A stretch of DNA of 64,000 bases, taken from IMG/VR virus record IMGVR_UViG_3300042884_001120, positions 1-64,000 of that record; one strand, 5' to 3'. Source of the stretch: a virus. How positions within the stretch are numbered: position 1 is the stretch's first letter; each line of letters opens with the position of its first letter. The position numbers and the translations under genes were made by a program. The notes beneath the pieces are model-generated. The model was not told the DNA's origin, ran no database searches, and was given only the letters and a program-made list of their open reading frames with translations. Shown here piece after piece: positions 39,425 to 50,349 of the stretch.

Positions 39425-40681
39425 CTACTCAAAATTTTCTAAAAGGTATGTTTTGCACCCTCTCGGAATGTATCTTTGGCAATTATCCTTGGTTAAAAAC
39501 CAGCTCCATTTTTCTTGTTCTTTATCAGGTATAGGAGGATAGTCTCCATAACCATCAGTCAAAACCCAAACATAAGGATTTGCGTTCTTTTGCTTATATA
39601 CAAAATCACTAATACACCTAAAGCTCGTGCCACCAAAGCCAAATAATTTTTTATCTTTCATGTTGACTTTGTATACTTGCGTATCAAAACAATAATACTC
39701 AACATCGAATTTATCTTTATTAATACTGTTAGCTGCATCAAAGAAGCGTTGTGCTAGTCCTTGACATGAGCCACTTGTGTCCATAAAAAAATAAGTCTTG
39801 ATTTTGTCTTTATTTGTTTTTCTTATACTAAACTCAATTTCAGATGGCAGGCAAATATCAGATATGATATTGTACATCCTTCTATCTCTTAACGCCCAAT
39901 AAGAGTCGGTTGTTTCTTCTTTTCCAAAACTTTTTTCAAACCGTTTAATAATTGTTTCCCATTTGGATTTTTGTTTTATTGGTTTCTTTTCTAGTTTTTT
40001 TATTAAATTGCCACTTTGCGATCCAGCTATCTTATCGCTATTATTTTCGTTTTTGCTATTCTGTTCACTTCTTTGTGCAATATTTTTTAAAATATCTGCT
40101 TCCTCGTCAGAAAGTGAGTTTATTATTTTTTGTGCGAAATCTTCTGGAATATCTAGTCCCGAGTGATTGTTCACGTAAGATTGTGAGTTTTGTGGAACCT
40201 CTATGTTTTCTTCTATAATTTTATTTAAATAGTATTCAAAACTATTTTCCCTTAAAATTTCTGGTTTATTTTTAAATATAGAATTAAACCAAACATATTC
40301 ATTTTTCGGATCTATTTCTATTTTATTAAAGCCAAAATACTTTACAAGTGACTCGTTTACTACTATATCCATCGCGCAATTAGCTTGTTCAATATTTTGC
40401 GCTAGTTTTTTCTTCCCGCGTTTGCCGTGAGAGTTAATTACATGCATACACTCATGACAAATAACAAATTGCTTTTTTCTTTCTGAAATGGATTTCCAGA
40501 AATCTTCGTTAATTAAAAATTCCACACATTTGCCATCGTTATTAAAGCTAACACACGCTGTGTCGATTTCTTCTGAAAAACATGGCTTTATTAATCTCCA
40601 GAATTGGTAAAATATCGCATGATAATTTACCAAAGAATTTAAAATTTTTTGATATTCTTGGAAATCTAATGCTTTTGACAT
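39425..40681 (-). CDS. DUF2201-type metallopeptidase-vWA protein
   Basis: HECMH...ANCAMD..VN; DTSGS, GGTSF, LTDG. Confidence 0.85.
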   Translation of the reverse strand: MSKALDFQEYQKILNSLVNYHAIFYQFWRLIKPCFSEEIDTACVSFNNDGKCVEFLINEDFWKSISERKKQFVICHECMHVINSHGKRGKKKLAQNIEQANCAMDIVVNESLVKYFGFNKIEIDPKNEYVWFNSIFKNKPEILRENSFEYYLNKIIEENIEVPQNSQSYVNNHSGLDIPEDFAQKIINSLSDEEADILKNIAQRSEQNSKNENNSDKIAGSQSGNLIKKLEKKPIKQKSKWETIIKRFEKSFGKEETTDSYWALRDRRMYNIISDICLPSEIEFSIRKTNKDKIKTYFFMDTSGSCQGLAQRFFDAANSINKDKFDVEYYCFDTQVYKVNMKDKKLFGFGGTSFRCISDFVYKQKNANPYVWVLTDGYGDYPPIPDKEQEKWSWFLTKDNCQRYIPRGCKTYLLENFE

Positions 40682-40682
40682 T

Positions 40683-41246
40683 TTAATGTATGATTTTTTC
40701 AGTTCTGGTTATTATAGAAATATATCCACCATTAGGTAATGGTCTTAGGTCCACCCTGCACTGATCTGTAAATCTTTTTTTACTATTGTACATTCTAGTA
40801 TTGGCATCATTACATGCATTAAATGATGTTGAACCAAGTCCAATTATTGTTACTTGCCTATACTCTGGAGGTTTGATATCAGAACAAAAAGCTGAACTCG
40901 TTCCTAATAGGATTGCTAATAATATTGTCTTCATGTAATGAAGATAGTATCATTTTAACATTCCGTCAATCTTTTTTTGTAGATTGTCTGCTTCGGTATA
41001 ATAACCAGCATTTGCCAAAACTGATGGGGTATAGCAAACATATGTCTCGTCTACAGAGGACATTTTGTCATTTGAAACCATAATTACCATGCCCAAATTA
41101 GGTGGCGACGGAATGTCTAGGGCGCTATTGCTTTTTTTTATTAAAGTTTCTATAACTAGCGTGGCTAATTCCATAGGGTTAGAATCCTTAGGTGCCGTTA
41201 ACTGTTCTTGCCAGTCACAACCTTCAATTGTCCATAATGCGTTCAT
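40683..41246 (-). other. Two small hypothetical CDS (40683..40934 with signal peptide; 40950..41246)
   Basis: Each has TTGACN-17-TA..T 6 nt before ATG. Confidence 0.6.
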
Positions 41247-41286
41247 TATTGCATTATAAGTTAATATTTATTTAATGTCAATTAAA

Positions 41287-42579
41287 TTAAGCGCCAACCT
41301 TCTTACTGGGCGACCAAGACCACTGGCATGACCAGTATCTTGCTTTCCATTTTGGACCCGGATTGTCACAATTATGTCTTGATCTAAAGTTTTCTCTGCG
41401 CTGTGGTATGTCGCGCTTAATTTCCATATTTGGGTCGCCGAACCTTACAATAACAACATTACCACTTTCATTTTTAGTATACACCGCAAATTTTTTGGGG
41501 CCATTTGGAGTTCTGAATGGCCTATTTAATGTAACTTTACTGCCTTGGTATTCAGCGCCTTGAGCTTTTTCCCAAGCATCTGGTGAGGGACGATCTTTAT
41601 CTCCAACCTTGGCTGGTTTATAATTTTTCCCCTCTCTTTTTTTCTTGCGTCTTATATTCTCCCAAAGACCGGGCCTTTCTTTTGCAATGTCGTATTGAAA
41701 CGTATCCGCCTCATTAAGGGCAATTTCTTCATTACTTACATATTCGCTCTCTTCTGGAATATAAAGATTATCAACCGTAAGATCTTCTGCGGTCATATAT
41801 TCTTCAGTTTCATTCTCGGTTTCTTCGCCGGATTCATTTTCTGTTTCCTCTGTATCTTCTGTCTCCATGGTGTCCATGGTGTCCTCGTTTTCTGTTTCGG
41901 ATTCAGTTTCATCCTCGTCGGACTCGTCTGTAAATAGTATGTAATCAGCAACATCCTTAAGATTATCATCAATAATGGCTATTTTCCCCTGTAGCCAAGG
42001 CTCTGTTAAGTTGTATTTGGCGTTCTCGTCGGCTTCCAATGCCATGAAAATAGAGTCAATCCTAGCTTTAATTGATTTCAATGAAGATAGCGACATACCG
42101 AGAAATTCAGCTTGATAGTCTTCAATGGTATCTTCAGAGGCTTTGATTTTATACTCATCCTTAATTGACTGGGGAAGTGCTTTTACAAAGTCAGCACCTC
42201 TTGATCTTACCTTTTTTACTAGTCTACGCTTAAAATCATTGTAATCCTTCCCCTTGCTACGTCCAAAGCTATTAACGGCATCTTTAACGTCAGCTGGCGT
42301 TACGATGGGGAAACTTCTTTCGTTTGGGTATAGGAAATCACTATTTTTTAATTCGCTACGCTTTTTGCCCCCATAAGTTTTTTGGGCAGAAAATAAAACT
42401 TCATTATCACCACTTCCCACTACTGCGGTTGCTTCTTTTTTTGCACTGTCCCACTGTGTATAGCAGATAGCAATTCTTTGCTTTTGATCTGGAAAGTCTT
42501 TAGCTGTTTGGTTGTCGCCAATACAACGTGATACGAACTCAGAACGCTTTTCTTGTTTTTTGGGACTAGGAAGTGGCAT
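41287..42579 (-). CDS. Multi-module putative head-associated protein (DUF6582-like, acidic linker, DUF6321-like)
   Basis: PLPSP..EFVSRC; KRSELKNSDF..RSFPI; LNRPFRTPNGPKKFAVY..RFGDPNM..FRSRHNC. Confidence 0.6.
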   Translation of the reverse strand: MPLPSPKKQEKRSEFVSRCIGDNQTAKDFPDQKQRIAICYTQWDSAKKEATAVVGSGDNEVLFSAQKTYGGKKRSELKNSDFLYPNERSFPIVTPADVKDAVNSFGRSKGKDYNDFKRRLVKKVRSRGADFVKALPQSIKDEYKIKASEDTIEDYQAEFLGMSLSSLKSIKARIDSIFMALEADENAKYNLTEPWLQGKIAIIDDNLKDVADYILFTDESDEDETESETENEDTMDTMETEDTEETENESGEETENETEEYMTAEDLTVDNLYIPEESEYVSNEEIALNEADTFQYDIAKERPGLWENIRRKKKREGKNYKPAKVGDKDRPSPDAWEKAQGAEYQGSKVTLNRPFRTPNGPKKFAVYTKNESGNVVIVRFGDPNMEIKRDIPQRRENFRSRHNCDNPGPKWKARYWSCQWSWSPSKKVGA

Positions 42580-42625
42580 AGAGTTATAGTATATAATTAC
42601 ACTTTTAATTAATAAAAATCAATAT

Positions 42626-45163
42626 TTATTTTAAATCACGCATATTCTTGTATATCTTACAGTCTTGCTTGATGATCTTGTCGGCAAAAATTGCATCACT
42701 GCCCTTTAATCTGCCCTTAATAGCTACTATATCGCCTTCCTCTGGAAAACTACCTCCATTATCATACTTGCATTCATCTAATAACCCCTGCTTTCCATCA
42801 AATAGTAAACAAGTAATTGTTCCCGTGTCATCTGCGACTACCGCTTTATAGAATTTATTACCATTCTTAGATTTGGACTGTTTGCACTCAAGCACTTGTC
42901 CAACGGCTAAAACCTTGTCATTTTCCTTTCTATTTTGTTTAATATACTCTATGGTATTGAATTCATTATTTTTCTTTTTAAATAGTCTTGTTAGGTTTTG
43001 GCTATAGCTAAAACCAAGGCAATTTCTTTCGTAGAAATAATTTGTTACGTCTTCGTTTCTACTATTTAGCATATAGATATCCTTATAGGTATTATATTTA
43101 CTTTTTATAGTTTCAAAACGACTATCCTTAATCTGAGCTTTGTCATTCAATAGCTTAATAATTAGCAAGATATCCTTGTTATCAGTGTCATCATGTACAT
43201 CTTTAACTAAACGCTTCTCTCTATCAGTTAGTAAATTATAGGTTTGTGCCTCAAGAACTAACCTAGTTCTTTTCGTTTCTAAATCATCTAAAGAACCAGC
43301 CTGTATCAAAGAGGAAAGCACTCCAATATTTAAACCTGCCTGTTTTGCGGCAACAAAACAGTCGATCTTGCTATCATATTCGCCACGGAATTTGATTAAT
43401 TTTTCCATCGCGCTATCTGAAACCCCCTTAATTGCGCTTAGTCCATAACGAATATTATTTCCATCTATTTTAAATTTCATGTCAGACTTTAATAAGTGTG
43501 GGGGTAGCAACTTAATTCCAAAATGGGGAAGTTCTTGCTGCATTTTTCTAATTTCCTCCATTGGGTCTGGAAGACGCTGGCTAGCATTTAGACATGCTGT
43601 AAAGAATTGTAATGGATATTTATACTTAAGATAGACGGTAAGCGCGCCAAGGTAAGCCGTTGCCATTGAATGTGACTTATTGAATGAATAGTCCGCCGAA
43701 TCGCTACAAACCTTCCAAATAGCCTCTGCTACTTGCTCACCGAATCCATTCTTTTCACAAGTTTCAAATACTCTATCCTTCCATTTGGGCATCTCATCAC
43801 GCTTCTTTTTGCCAATAACTCGTCTAATGATTTCCCCCTCATCTGCCGAAAACCCAACGGCTACCAGACTTTGAATAAGTTGTTCTTGATAAAGTGGAAG
43901 ATTTCTACTTTCCGCAAAAACCTCCCTCAATTTCTCGTGTGGCGGCTCACCTGACATGCAAACATATTTATCTTCATATGCTAGCGCGCCAGGTCGAGCT
44001 ATAGCGTTTACATCGCTAAGTTCCTGAATATTTGCTGGTTTGATTTTTTGACATACTCTATACGCGCAATCAGCACTGATTTGATAAAGGCCGTAGGGTT
44101 TTAAATTATCGCTTTGTAAATGTTTATAAACATCAATATTTGTATCAAGCTCGATATCTTCAATTGATTCTGGAATATTTTCGAAAATATCTTTAATAAT
44201 TTCATTGCTTGTTAGACCAAGAAGATCAAGTTTAATGCCAAATTTTGCGGCAGTGTTCATTTCGTAAGAAATACTTATCTCACCTTCTTTATTTAATTCT
44301 ACTGGAATAAATTCGTTTAATGAAGAATAAGATATGAAATATCCACTAGCATGTGTTGATTTACCACGAATCAGGTCTCTTAACTTAAGGGCTACTCTAT
44401 AAGACTCGGGGTACGAGTCCGCCCATTCTTTAAACTTTTCGCTATTCTTGTAAGAGTCCTCAATATCCTCAACTACTCCAAAGGTTTTGCCAATGGTGTC
44501 GGATAGGTCAGAAGCCATTTCTTCTGTAGCTTCATTTATTATTTTAAAAACATCTTTTACTAGAATTTTACCAGAAAAAGTTGAAAGTGCTGCAATTTTA
44601 GCAACCTTGTTCGGATAGCAAGATTTTAGCCATTCAATTATCTCTTCCCTAACGCCACCCAAGTTAATATCAACGTCTGGAGCAAGATCTCCCTGTATAT
44701 ATGTCACACCATCAATAATTTCCTTCTTTGCTCTTACTCTCGAAATAAATCGTGTAAAAAATAGTTTTTTATCTATTGGGTCAACCCCTGTTACCCCAAT
44801 CAAAAAGAATATTAAACTACCAGCCGCACTACCACGACCCCAATCAATGAATGCGCCCATTTGTCGTGCTTTGTTAATTACTCTCCAAACCAACAGGAAA
44901 TAATCCACAAATCCTAGATCCTGAACAATTACGAATTCTTCTTGAAGTCTCTCGATATATTTAGGCCATAAATCTTTATTTACCTTATCTCTAAAAGAAA
45001 TCCAACCTTGGTTAATTAATTGTTGTAAAAACTCATCATTATTATTTACAGGCTTCGCAATAATATTTTTCTCGCTATCCGTAAGATCAATGCTTGGTAA
45101 GCGAACCAAGTTGATGTTATCTATTTTTATTTGACCGAATTCTTTAAGAAATTTATTGTTCAT
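42626..45163 (-). CDS. dnaE: DNA polymerase III alpha catalytic core (no PHP domain)
   Basis: DYFLLV, GRGSAAGS, PDVD, KLDLLGL, YQEQ, YSFNKSH, C-terminal OB fold; start MNNKF. Confidence 0.95.
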   Translation of the reverse strand: MNNKFLKEFGQIKIDNINLVRLPSIDLTDSEKNIIAKPVNNNDEFLQQLINQGWISFRDKVNKDLWPKYIERLQEEFVIVQDLGFVDYFLLVWRVINKARQMGAFIDWGRGSAAGSLIFFLIGVTGVDPIDKKLFFTRFISRVRAKKEIIDGVTYIQGDLAPDVDINLGGVREEIIEWLKSCYPNKVAKIAALSTFSGKILVKDVFKIINEATEEMASDLSDTIGKTFGVVEDIEDSYKNSEKFKEWADSYPESYRVALKLRDLIRGKSTHASGYFISYSSLNEFIPVELNKEGEISISYEMNTAAKFGIKLDLLGLTSNEIIKDIFENIPESIEDIELDTNIDVYKHLQSDNLKPYGLYQISADCAYRVCQKIKPANIQELSDVNAIARPGALAYEDKYVCMSGEPPHEKLREVFAESRNLPLYQEQLIQSLVAVGFSADEGEIIRRVIGKKKRDEMPKWKDRVFETCEKNGFGEQVAEAIWKVCSDSADYSFNKSHSMATAYLGALTVYLKYKYPLQFFTACLNASQRLPDPMEEIRKMQQELPHFGIKLLPPHLLKSDMKFKIDGNNIRYGLSAIKGVSDSAMEKLIKFRGEYDSKIDCFVAAKQAGLNIGVLSSLIQAGSLDDLETKRTRLVLEAQTYNLLTDREKRLVKDVHDDTDNKDILLIIKLLNDKAQIKDSRFETIKSKYNTYKDIYMLNSRNEDVTNYFYERNCLGFSYSQNLTRLFKKKNNEFNTIEYIKQNRKENDKVLAVGQVLECKQSKSKNGNKFYKAVVADDTGTITCLLFDGKQGLLDECKYDNGGSFPEEGDIVAIKGRLKGSDAIFADKIIKQDCKIYKNMRDLK

Positions 45164-45195
45164 ACTTCGATTGAAGATAATGGTAGCATATTTTT

Positions 45196-45975
45196 TTAAT
45201 AATCGCAAGATTTTATAAAAAGAGATTTATATGTATCAAATTTTCTATGCAATTTAAAGGATAATTTTTTTTTATAAATATAGTCTAAAAATATTTTTTG
45301 ATTTTTTTTGTGTAAAATCTCAAACCTAGAAAAACTAGTAGTAGATGTTTTGTATCTATAAATGTTATATTTAATATTTAAATTAGTACTTAATGTAATT
45401 AAAGCGTCCCATTTTTGATGATAAGATCCACATATTGTTAGTGTCTTTGAAATATGCCCATCGGCATCAAACCATCCTCTAAAAAAATGGTTATGTAGTT
45501 TATGCGGAATCAAAGAAAGTATTTTTACTGGGCTTTCTAGGGATTTATTGCAAAAATCGCTATTTTGCAAAAATATTGCTAATTTTTTATGGTTAAAATA
45601 AAACATGGTCTGGGGTTTCCAATTAGATTTTTGTGGTTTTTTTTGATGTATTTTCCACCTATTATCAAATAGGTTTTTAATATCTATAGCGTCCTCGCGC
45701 TTTATCGTAAGAGAAACGTGCCCCCCTCTTGAGGTGCTTTTTACTGTGCCATCTCCCCAAATAAAACCCAATAAATAAGAAATATTTTCTGTATTTATAT
45801 GAATAAAATCATTAATATTTGAATTATTTTCTCTGCAATTGGTTTTTATTTTAAGCTCACTAGCTACTCTCCTGATGGAGTCGGAACTTCTATTTATATA
45901 TTCTTTAACTTTTTTACAGCCGCCGTTTGGGTAATGTATCCTAATAATTTGTTTTTCGTAATCAGAATACTTCAT
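45196..45975 (-). mobile_element. Free-standing LAGLIDADG homing endonuclease
   Basis: SYLLGFIWGDG and HFFRGWFDADG. Confidence 0.9.
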
Positions 45976-46005
45976 GTAGTTATATTACACTACATTGTGT
46001 GCCAA

Positions 46006-46638
46006 CTACACCTCGATGGCATATATCTGTTTCATAAATATTTTAAATACTAACGAGTTATCGTACAGTGAGTCATGCGCTTTATTTTCATCGTAGTCAA
46101 TATCATACACAGAACAAAGATGTTTAACAGATGTTTTTAATCCTCTTTGTCTAAAGTTTTGCATTTGAAAATTCCAACCACTACGATCTTCGGGTATTGA
46201 TTTAAGCCCTAAGTATATACCCTTTTGCATTGATTGTACATCAAGAATTCTATCTACATAAGAATAATCAGTCTCTAATCCCGCCGCCTTTCTTAAGTTA
46301 TTGTGTTGATAAACATCGAAACCAAGTAGGTTTGCACCAATAATTATATAGTCTTTATTGTAAAGATATTTATCAAAATCAGTAACAACCTTTTTAGGAT
46401 CTTCTGACTTTTTTGCCCAAGCCGCCCTATCAAAGCGTGTTATTTTGGCGGCACCATCAGACATCTTTAAATCATCCCAATAAATAAATCTATCTTCATT
46501 TTTTATAATTTTATTACCTTCTGCAATTGACCAGCTTAATTGCCAAGGCCTTGAATTTGCCAAGTTTAAACTTTCGGTTTCAGTGTCGAAAATTAAATAT
46601 TTCTGTTTTTTCTGAAAGCGTAAAAGATTATCTTGCAT
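46006..46638 (-). CDS. DEDDh 3'-5' exonuclease (epsilon-like)
   Basis: IFDTET, GANLLGFD, AHDSLYD. Confidence 0.9.
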   Translation of the reverse strand: MQDNLLRFQKKQKYLIFDTETESLNLANSRPWQLSWSIAEGNKIIKNEDRFIYWDDLKMSDGAAKITRFDRAAWAKKSEDPKKVVTDFDKYLYNKDYIIIGANLLGFDVYQHNNLRKAAGLETDYSYVDRILDVQSMQKGIYLGLKSIPEDRSGWNFQMQNFRQRGLKTSVKHLCSVYDIDYDENKAHDSLYDNSLVFKIFMKQIYAIEV

Positions 46639-47374
46639 TGTTCATTGCCTCCATACAGAATTCATTGCTTCCAAAGTGGGATAGTTCCGGCTTCTGAAAG
46701 TTTGATCTATTTAAAATACATCTATAAGTCATATAAGCATTAAAATCTGATTTATTATTATAATAGATAGTCTTACTTTCTATCTGGTCATACTTTATAC
46801 TTGATTGTATCTGTTTTTTTACAATACTGTCAAATGGTAAATTGTTATTTTCTATTGAAATATATGGGCTTGTAAAATCTATGTCCGGAATACAATAGTG
46901 ACCATGTAATAAATTATTGAATATAAATGAATCGTAAAATGGAATTAGCATTAATAAATTTTTAGTCCAATTCTTTTTTAAGATATTATAATCTAACCGT
47001 GGCTTACCATTAAAATTACCAATAGTAGTTGAGATATTATGAAGTTTAACTAGATCGGTAAAGCTATTGCTTTTAGCGAAAATAATCAACTTGCCTTCAG
47101 TTTGAGTAGAGGCATCTGTTTTATCTTCTATATTATTACATACGCTTACTCTAAAACCATAACGTAAATTTAGCCCGGCATTAGACGCGTTTTCATATGC
47201 TTCAACCATACCGCTTAAATTATTATCTGCAATAAAAACATCTTTAATATCGTTATCTTTACAGATATCAAATACTGAATCTGCTCGATTCAATTTCCTA
47301 TCGCTAATATCCGTACCCTTATCAAGGGTTAGTATGGACGTTAGAGAATAATTTGATCTAAATATTGGTATCAT
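46628..47374 (-). CDS. Stand-alone PHP domain of Pol III alpha (degenerate metal ligands)
   Basis: FRSNYSL, IADNNLSG, LIIFAKS...LVKL, GKPRLD. Confidence 0.8.
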   Translation of the reverse strand: MIPIFRSNYSLTSILTLDKGTDISDRKLNRADSVFDICKDNDIKDVFIADNNLSGMVEAYENASNAGLNLRYGFRVSVCNNIEDKTDASTQTEGKLIIFAKSNSFTDLVKLHNISTTIGNFNGKPRLDYNILKKNWTKNLLMLIPFYDSFIFNNLLHGHYCIPDIDFTSPYISIENNNLPFDSIVKKQIQSSIKYDQIESKTIYYNNKSDFNAYMTYRCILNRSNFQKPELSHFGSNEFCMEAMNNAR

Positions 47375-47937
47375 TAACCTTGATTAATTAGTGTAGATAT
47401 GGAGTATTCTCTAGAAATATTTAATCTAGGACTATCAATATGATCAACGATACCATACTTTTTAGCCTGTTTCGCGTTTAGATATAAATTACTATTTTTA
47501 TTACTTTCTACGGCCTTGTAGAAGAAGCCACTAGCCTTTCCGCAATTTTTATCTAGAATGGAAAATAACTGTTTATTAAGTGCGAGAGCATGGTTTGTAT
47601 CAATATTCACATCACTAACCTTTGTTTGGCCAGTGCCAGTGAGAACTTCGTGAACCATGATGTGCGCATATTCGCTTGCGAATCTAAGCCCCTTTGTTCC
47701 ACAGCTTAGTAGGATTGCGGCGGCGCTCATTGCTTTTGAGTCTACTATTGTGCATACTTGCTTTTCAGTGCTCTTTATGATACTAACCATTCCAAGAACA
47801 GAATAAACTTCGCCACCATAACAATCAATAACTATTGGTATTATAGGTTGATCGGTATTCCTGTCTAGGTTCCAGAACTCTTGACGAAACTTTCTAAGGC
47901 CGTGCTCGTTAATTTGGTTTACGCAGATATATTCCAT
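47374..47937 (-). CDS. clpP: ClpP-like protease subunit
   Basis: IDCYGGEV, AMSAA (Ser), IMVHE (His), YLNAKQAKKYGIVD. Confidence 0.85.
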   Translation of the reverse strand: MEYICVNQINEHGLRKFRQEFWNLDRNTDQPIIPIVIDCYGGEVYSVLGMVSIIKSTEKQVCTIVDSKAMSAAAILLSCGTKGLRFASEYAHIMVHEVLTGTGQTKVSDVNIDTNHALALNKQLFSILDKNCGKASGFFYKAVESNKNSNLYLNAKQAKKYGIVDHIDSPRLNISREYSISTLINQG

Positions 47938-47961
47938 ATTTCTATATTATCAATATTTTTA

Positions 47962-48963
47962 TTAGAAGTCAAATGCATCTTTTTGTTTTTTAACTTCCCA
48001 AGCCGGACACCCTTCGTATCTCCTTTCCTCGACAGTAAAACCTTCCTTAATATCTTCTGCGTTAATATCTTCCGAGGCAAATACTGATTTAATTATTTTT
48101 TTATCTTTATCAAGTAAAACTTTATAATTCATTGCTTCAAGATATGGGCACTTCCATCCAGATTTTGTTTTACACATCCACTTTTTACTGAACTCGTTTT
48201 TTGCAAAATTGGATTTTGCAGACTGTTCGTTAAATGATTGTAATAAATTAGAAGTATATTCTAGATAATGCTCAAACCCATCAAGTTCGTTATCTGAAAA
48301 AGCTGGAGAAGATTTTTCTGGATCATTTGGGTATCTCAAGAAAAGAAATTTTGCAATAATTTCCTTATATTGATTTGGATATTTTTTCTTAAGGGCTAGG
48401 GAATACATCATTGATTGCAGATTACTTTCAAGTTCTGCGGTATCAAATGTTTTTTTACTGCTTTTATAATCTCTTACTATTAATTTTCCATCCTTGTCTT
48501 TTACAAGTCTATCAACAAATCCTACAATTCTATATTTTGGACTTTCGTTTGTAATATCAAAAGCCCACTCACTACCTATAAATCCATCTATATTGATAAA
48601 ATCAAACTTTAAACCAACTAAAATCATTTGATCTATACATTTTAGATTAGTAACTTCTGGCTCCTTCTTAAGGGGCTTTACCATTTCATCTAAATCTAGT
48701 CCAATTTTTCTTGCGGTCTTGAATATAAGATTCCAAACAGAGGGAACGGCCTTGCATGTTTCTTTTTTTATTATTTTTTTTACATACTTGTGATGCCTTG
48801 GGTTTGAGAGGATTTCAAATATTAAGTGGGCAATAGTGCCCCTCATTGCACCAGAGTTATTTGTTTGCGGCAATTTTAATACATAATTCGAATAATAACT
48901 CCAAGTACATGACTGAAGGGTTTTAATTCTACTTGCAGAAAGCCTAACTAGTTCTTCGCTCAT
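47962..48963 (-). CDS. PD-(D/E)XK (RecB/Cas4-like) nuclease
   Basis: LSASRI..C, RGTIAH, GFVDRL, DYKS, Q..MY, terminal Cys residues. Confidence 0.85.
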   Translation of the reverse strand: MSEELVRLSASRIKTLQSCTWSYYSNYVLKLPQTNNSGAMRGTIAHLIFEILSNPRHHKYVKKIIKKETCKAVPSVWNLIFKTARKIGLDLDEMVKPLKKEPEVTNLKCIDQMILVGLKFDFINIDGFIGSEWAFDITNESPKYRIVGFVDRLVKDKDGKLIVRDYKSSKKTFDTAELESNLQSMMYSLALKKKYPNQYKEIIAKFLFLRYPNDPEKSSPAFSDNELDGFEHYLEYTSNLLQSFNEQSAKSNFAKNEFSKKWMCKTKSGWKCPYLEAMNYKVLLDKDKKIIKSVFASEDINAEDIKEGFTVEERRYEGCPAWEVKKQKDAFDF

Positions 48964-49445
48964 ACGGCAACTTCTTCTCCGTTGATTAGGCACTTAATTC
49001 CTAGTTCTTTATTTAACAATAATATTGTAACTCCCGCCTCGGCAAACATTTCTTCGGCTTTTGATACTGATTTTGACCACTTTCCATGTGACAGTGTTGG
49101 GTATTGCTCGTGCAGTACCACAGTGTTTATTCCGGCCTGAATGATTGCTTTGGCACATTCATTACATGGCATTCCAGAAGTATAAAGCGCAGAACCCTTG
49201 GTGGCAATTCCATTTCTAGCCGCCGAAAGAATAGAGTTATGTTCTGCGTGGGTAATATAAAAATATTTATCTTCTCTGTTATTTAGTCTCTCCTCGGTAT
49301 CTTTTACTCCTCTTGGGAAGCCGTTATATCCAATTGATATGATATTATTATCACGAACCAGTACGGCACCAATTTTAGTGCTAGGGTCTTTGCTTTTCTG
49401 AGATGCCAAATATTGATGGCGTATGTAGTATTCTGTCCAGTTCAT
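48960..49445 (-). CDS. dCMP deaminase
   Basis: SKDPSTKIGA, GYNG, HAE, PCNEC. Confidence 0.95.
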   Translation of the reverse strand: MNWTEYYIRHQYLASQKSKDPSTKIGAVLVRDNNIISIGYNGFPRGVKDTEERLNNREDKYFYITHAEHNSILSAARNGIATKGSALYTSGMPCNECAKAIIQAGINTVVLHEQYPTLSHGKWSKSVSKAEEMFAEAGVTILLLNKELGIKCLINGEEVAV

Positions 49446-49446
49446 A

Positions 49447-50349
49447 TTATTTTAAATTGTTGTACCAGCTAATGTTTTCCTGATCATTCTGTTCACCGAA
49501 ATCATTCTTGATAGGGTGCGCGATTTTGATTTGATTTTCGTCAAAAAATTCAGTAAGTTTTTCCTTGATTCCTTTCGCTGCTTTCTGTCCGGCTTGGTTT
49601 GCATCATTATTAGTTGCAATAATAATACTTTTTGGATCTAAGCGCAATATTGCTTTTATTAAACCATTGCCTATATCAGTTCCAAATGTTATCCCTATAT
49701 TTTTGATTCCAGATTGCCACAATGACAACATGTCTCCTATGCTTTCAACTAATATAATTTCATTTTTATCGTTTATATATTTATAACTAAAAACTAATGG
49801 ATATGCCCAGTCATTCTTTTTGCCAATATGTTTCCACTTGATTTTTGAACTTCCAGATACATCTCTTCCCGAGAATCCTTCTATTTTTTTTCTAGAATTA
49901 AAAATTGGAAAAACATACCTATTTTGCATTTTACCACTCCCACATATTCCACTCTGGAATACTTTTAAGGTATCATTTTTTATTCCTCTACCATTCCAAT
50001 AAGAATGATCATCCTTCAGGGATAAAATATCATCGCTAGAATAGTATTTTACCGTTTTATTGAATGGGTCTTGATCGTCTATTGATGCGAAACAGGATGA
50101 ATAATACTCTTTTGTTCCATTTATTATTTTTTCTACTTGTTCGTAAGATTTTAAATTTAATGTCTTTTTCAAAAAATCCTCAAGTGACATTGTTTTGCTA
50201 GTAACGAAATCATGAACAGTATTTGTTTGTAAATAAACAGCAACAGAAGTTGGGTCATCGCCACCACGATATTTCGCAGTACATGTTAAATATGTACCAT
50301 GGTTTCTAGGCTGGCAACCAGCACTGCGCAATATGTCTATTAGGTTCAT
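49447..50349 (-). CDS. dnaG: DNA primase (TOPRIM)
   Basis: NRYVFPI, GFSGR, KW, LVESIGD, NNDAN.AG. Confidence 0.85.
   Translation of the reverse strand: MNLIDILRSAGCQPRNHGTYLTCTAKYRGGDDPTSVAVYLQTNTVHDFVTSKTMSLEDFLKKTLNLKSYEQVEKIINGTKEYYSSCFASIDDQDPFNKTVKYYSSDDILSLKDDHSYWNGRGIKNDTLKVFQSGICGSGKMQNRYVFPIFNSRKKIEGFSGRDVSGSSKIKWKHIGKKNDWAYPLVFSYKYINDKNEIILVESIGDMLSLWQSGIKNIGITFGTDIGNGLIKAILRLDPKSIIIATNNDANQAGQKAAKGIKEKLTEFFDENQIKIAHPIKNDFGEQNDQENISWYNNLK

Noticed and set aside
45164-46005. Group I intron or intein joining the exonuclease and dnaE around the LAGLIDADG gene
   Set aside because: Only about 30 nt flank the HEG on each side; no ribozyme core or intein termini; flanking ORFs have their own stop and start.
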